A DNA stretch of 64,000 nucleotides from Chiloscyllium plagiosum (lineage: Eukaryota). The stretch is from positions 19,668,104 to 19,732,103 of the forward strand of contig NC_057718.1 of assembly GCF_004010195.1 (NCBI RefSeq). Reading direction: 5' to 3'. The notes below the pieces were generated by a model. That model was not told where the DNA came from. It searched no databases and worked only from the letters and a program-made list of their open reading frames with translations. This document shows positions 61,989 to 64,000 of the stretch, piece after piece (position 1 is the first letter of the stretch; each line of letters opens with the position of its first letter). The translations under genes were made by a program, and so were the position numbers.

Positions 61989-64000
61989 TAATTTGAAGAG
62001 TGTCAAGGATAAATTTATGTTATTATAACTGTTACATTTCCATAACATCAAGGCCATTTTTTCAAATAAAAACAAAGATACATACTCTTGCTCCTTGAAT
62101 TTTTTGCTTTCTGTCTTTGCCCTTTGTTTTAGTTTGAAGTTCCAATTCCTCGCCAATGCATAAACTGAAAAGCATTTCTTTCTCAGCCAGTATTTACTAT
62201 GCCCACACTGTGTTTTGTTAATCAAATGCACTGAAAAGAACATGTTGTAAAAACGCCAGTATGGAAAACATTACTTCGATTAATGGTGCCTCACATTTAT
62301 GACCCCTGCCAGACAGTACAAAAGGTTGATACAATGAGATACCTCTAAAGAAAGGCTCGTTAGTTCACTAATAAACTACAGGCAGCAGCTTATTAGTAAC
62401 CAAATCCAGAATGTAAACTCCTAAAGCAGTTTAGTCATTAGAGATTTCTAGATAAGCCATATTTTGTTTCTAAGAAATTTAAAGAGGTTTAAGCTTCATG
62501 TGGATGGAAGACGTGGTACATTTGACTAGAATATCACACAATTGAAATTTGGAACACAAGCCCGAGCTCAGCAGGTGCTTAATAGTTGTCACTGACAAAA
62601 CAAAAATGGCTTTTTCAGGAAATGCTTGGTTTGCCTGACAACTTTTGCAAAGTCATTCTTAATTTGTTTTTTCAGTTTGAGTTGGCATTAAAATTGAACT
62701 GGCATTTAGACTTGGGTGAACATAAGTCAACACATGTACAACCCAATGGAACCAGAGGCCTGCAAATCTTTTTCCCAGTTTAGAAATCAGATGTACGGCA
62801 ACATTTCTGCCGTTCACTTTTAAACTATGTTGAAGAGGAATTACAGGGATACTTCTAGTCCTATTTGTCTGGACTTTTCTTCCTTATTTGTACAGGCAGG
62901 CACAATAAACCTGACCTGGGTTCAAACTGCTTGCGGCTGATTAAACTGAGTGCCAAAAAGGGTCTGGAAACCACTCAAATGTGTTTAATTTCCTTTGTGT
63001 GCTATTTTAAGTTAACCAGTTAACGTGTTTGCACAAATGCCTGTATGCGCTACTTTATATGAATCTGCAACATGGCATTTTAAAAAAATAAAAGGTACAG
63101 AGGAAGTTAATTTAGATAATAATTAGTCTTTTGTTAGAATGTTTCTCACTTCAAATTACATATGGTGTTGGTGGAAAGAATATTCTATACTCATCTGAAG
63201 AATCCAGTCATTGAACAAGAAATAACAAAGATGACCAAGGCCAAGCTAATTTATACTGATATCTTGAATTGGCACAGACCTGTGCTCATCCCTAGTTTCT
63301 ATATACGCTGTGCCAGAAATTCTCTAGACACACAAAGTCTGAGGTAAACATGTCCTGCATCCCCCTCTTCCCAGCCCCTGGCCCAAAAGTCAGACATTAC
63401 TTCAGAAACTTGAAGGATCGGTTGATAACATTAAAGCACTAAAATTCATTTTGAATTCTGGAAAATTGAGGCCATATTCGGAAAGAGGGGTTGCAAATCC
63501 ACCTGCAGTGCAGCTACATTATGGTAACAGAACACTTATTTGGTGCTTGTTTTTTTAAAAAAACAACCTTTCCAGTAATGTCTGCTCACATTTCCACATT
63601 TATTGAAACACAATTTCTGTATATGCCTTCTTCATCTACCTGGTGTTTCAGGCAGGATCTTTCCAACAGGTTGTGTATGCTCATGACTGACAGTTCTGAC
63701 TGGTTAAGTGTTTCTGTTGGACTTGAATGTTTTCTCAATAGTGGTAGTATTTACACAATCTGTGCATGAATATTGATGAGATGAGACAAACCCCCCCCCA
63801 TGCCTTGATTATTGCTAAATACAAGTATAAAAATGTAAAGGGCTGAGGAAGACAATCAAACTGACTGCACCAAAACTGAACACTTACTTAAAACCAATAT
63901 TTTGTTATGAAAAACCACTCTGCACTTTACTCACACTGTAATTAAAACAAAGAAAGGATTGGTGTCAATGATGAAACTATTTACACAACCAATCTGCACT

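Noticed and set aside
62086..62230. Exon-like segment on the minus strand (ttcttttcag ... GA|gtatgt, within ORF 61917-62243)
   Set aside because: The translation does not resemble TTC27, and the phase does not fit the downstream phase-0 exon. Such splice-like motifs are common by chance.

Overview
Eukaryotic, repeat-rich vertebrate genomic DNA. The HE1-type SINEs, CR1/HER1-type LINEs and Deu-domain SINEs point to an elasmobranch (shark). The only host gene I can support is the 3' end of TTC27 on the minus strand. It has four coding exons (27262-27459, 22019-22130, 15900-16000, 4641-4763) with canonical GT/AG junctions and matching phases, followed by a short 3' UTR with AATAAA signals. I found no further exon in 27.5-64 kb. 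The introns are filled with decayed mobile elements: about 12 HE1 SINEs, CR1, L2 and RTE fragments, many Penelope-like elements and minis carrying minimal hammerhead-ribozyme motifs, a pogo/Tigger-like MITE, and an internally deleted class I endogenous retrovirus with a tRNA-Ser PBS. The most unusual items are: (1) a CR1-group LINE with a tRNA/SINE-like head and no ORF1, together with short SINEs made of the same head and tail; (2) a 262-bp Penelope-derived palindrome with a hammerhead motif in each arm; (3) the deleted ERV 47 bp from a TTC27 splice acceptor; (4) short local direct duplications on either side of exons. Almost all ORFs in the supplied track are spurious or TE fragments. Family names come from recalled consensus features, not database searches. 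There is a 447-N assembly gap at 59315-59761.
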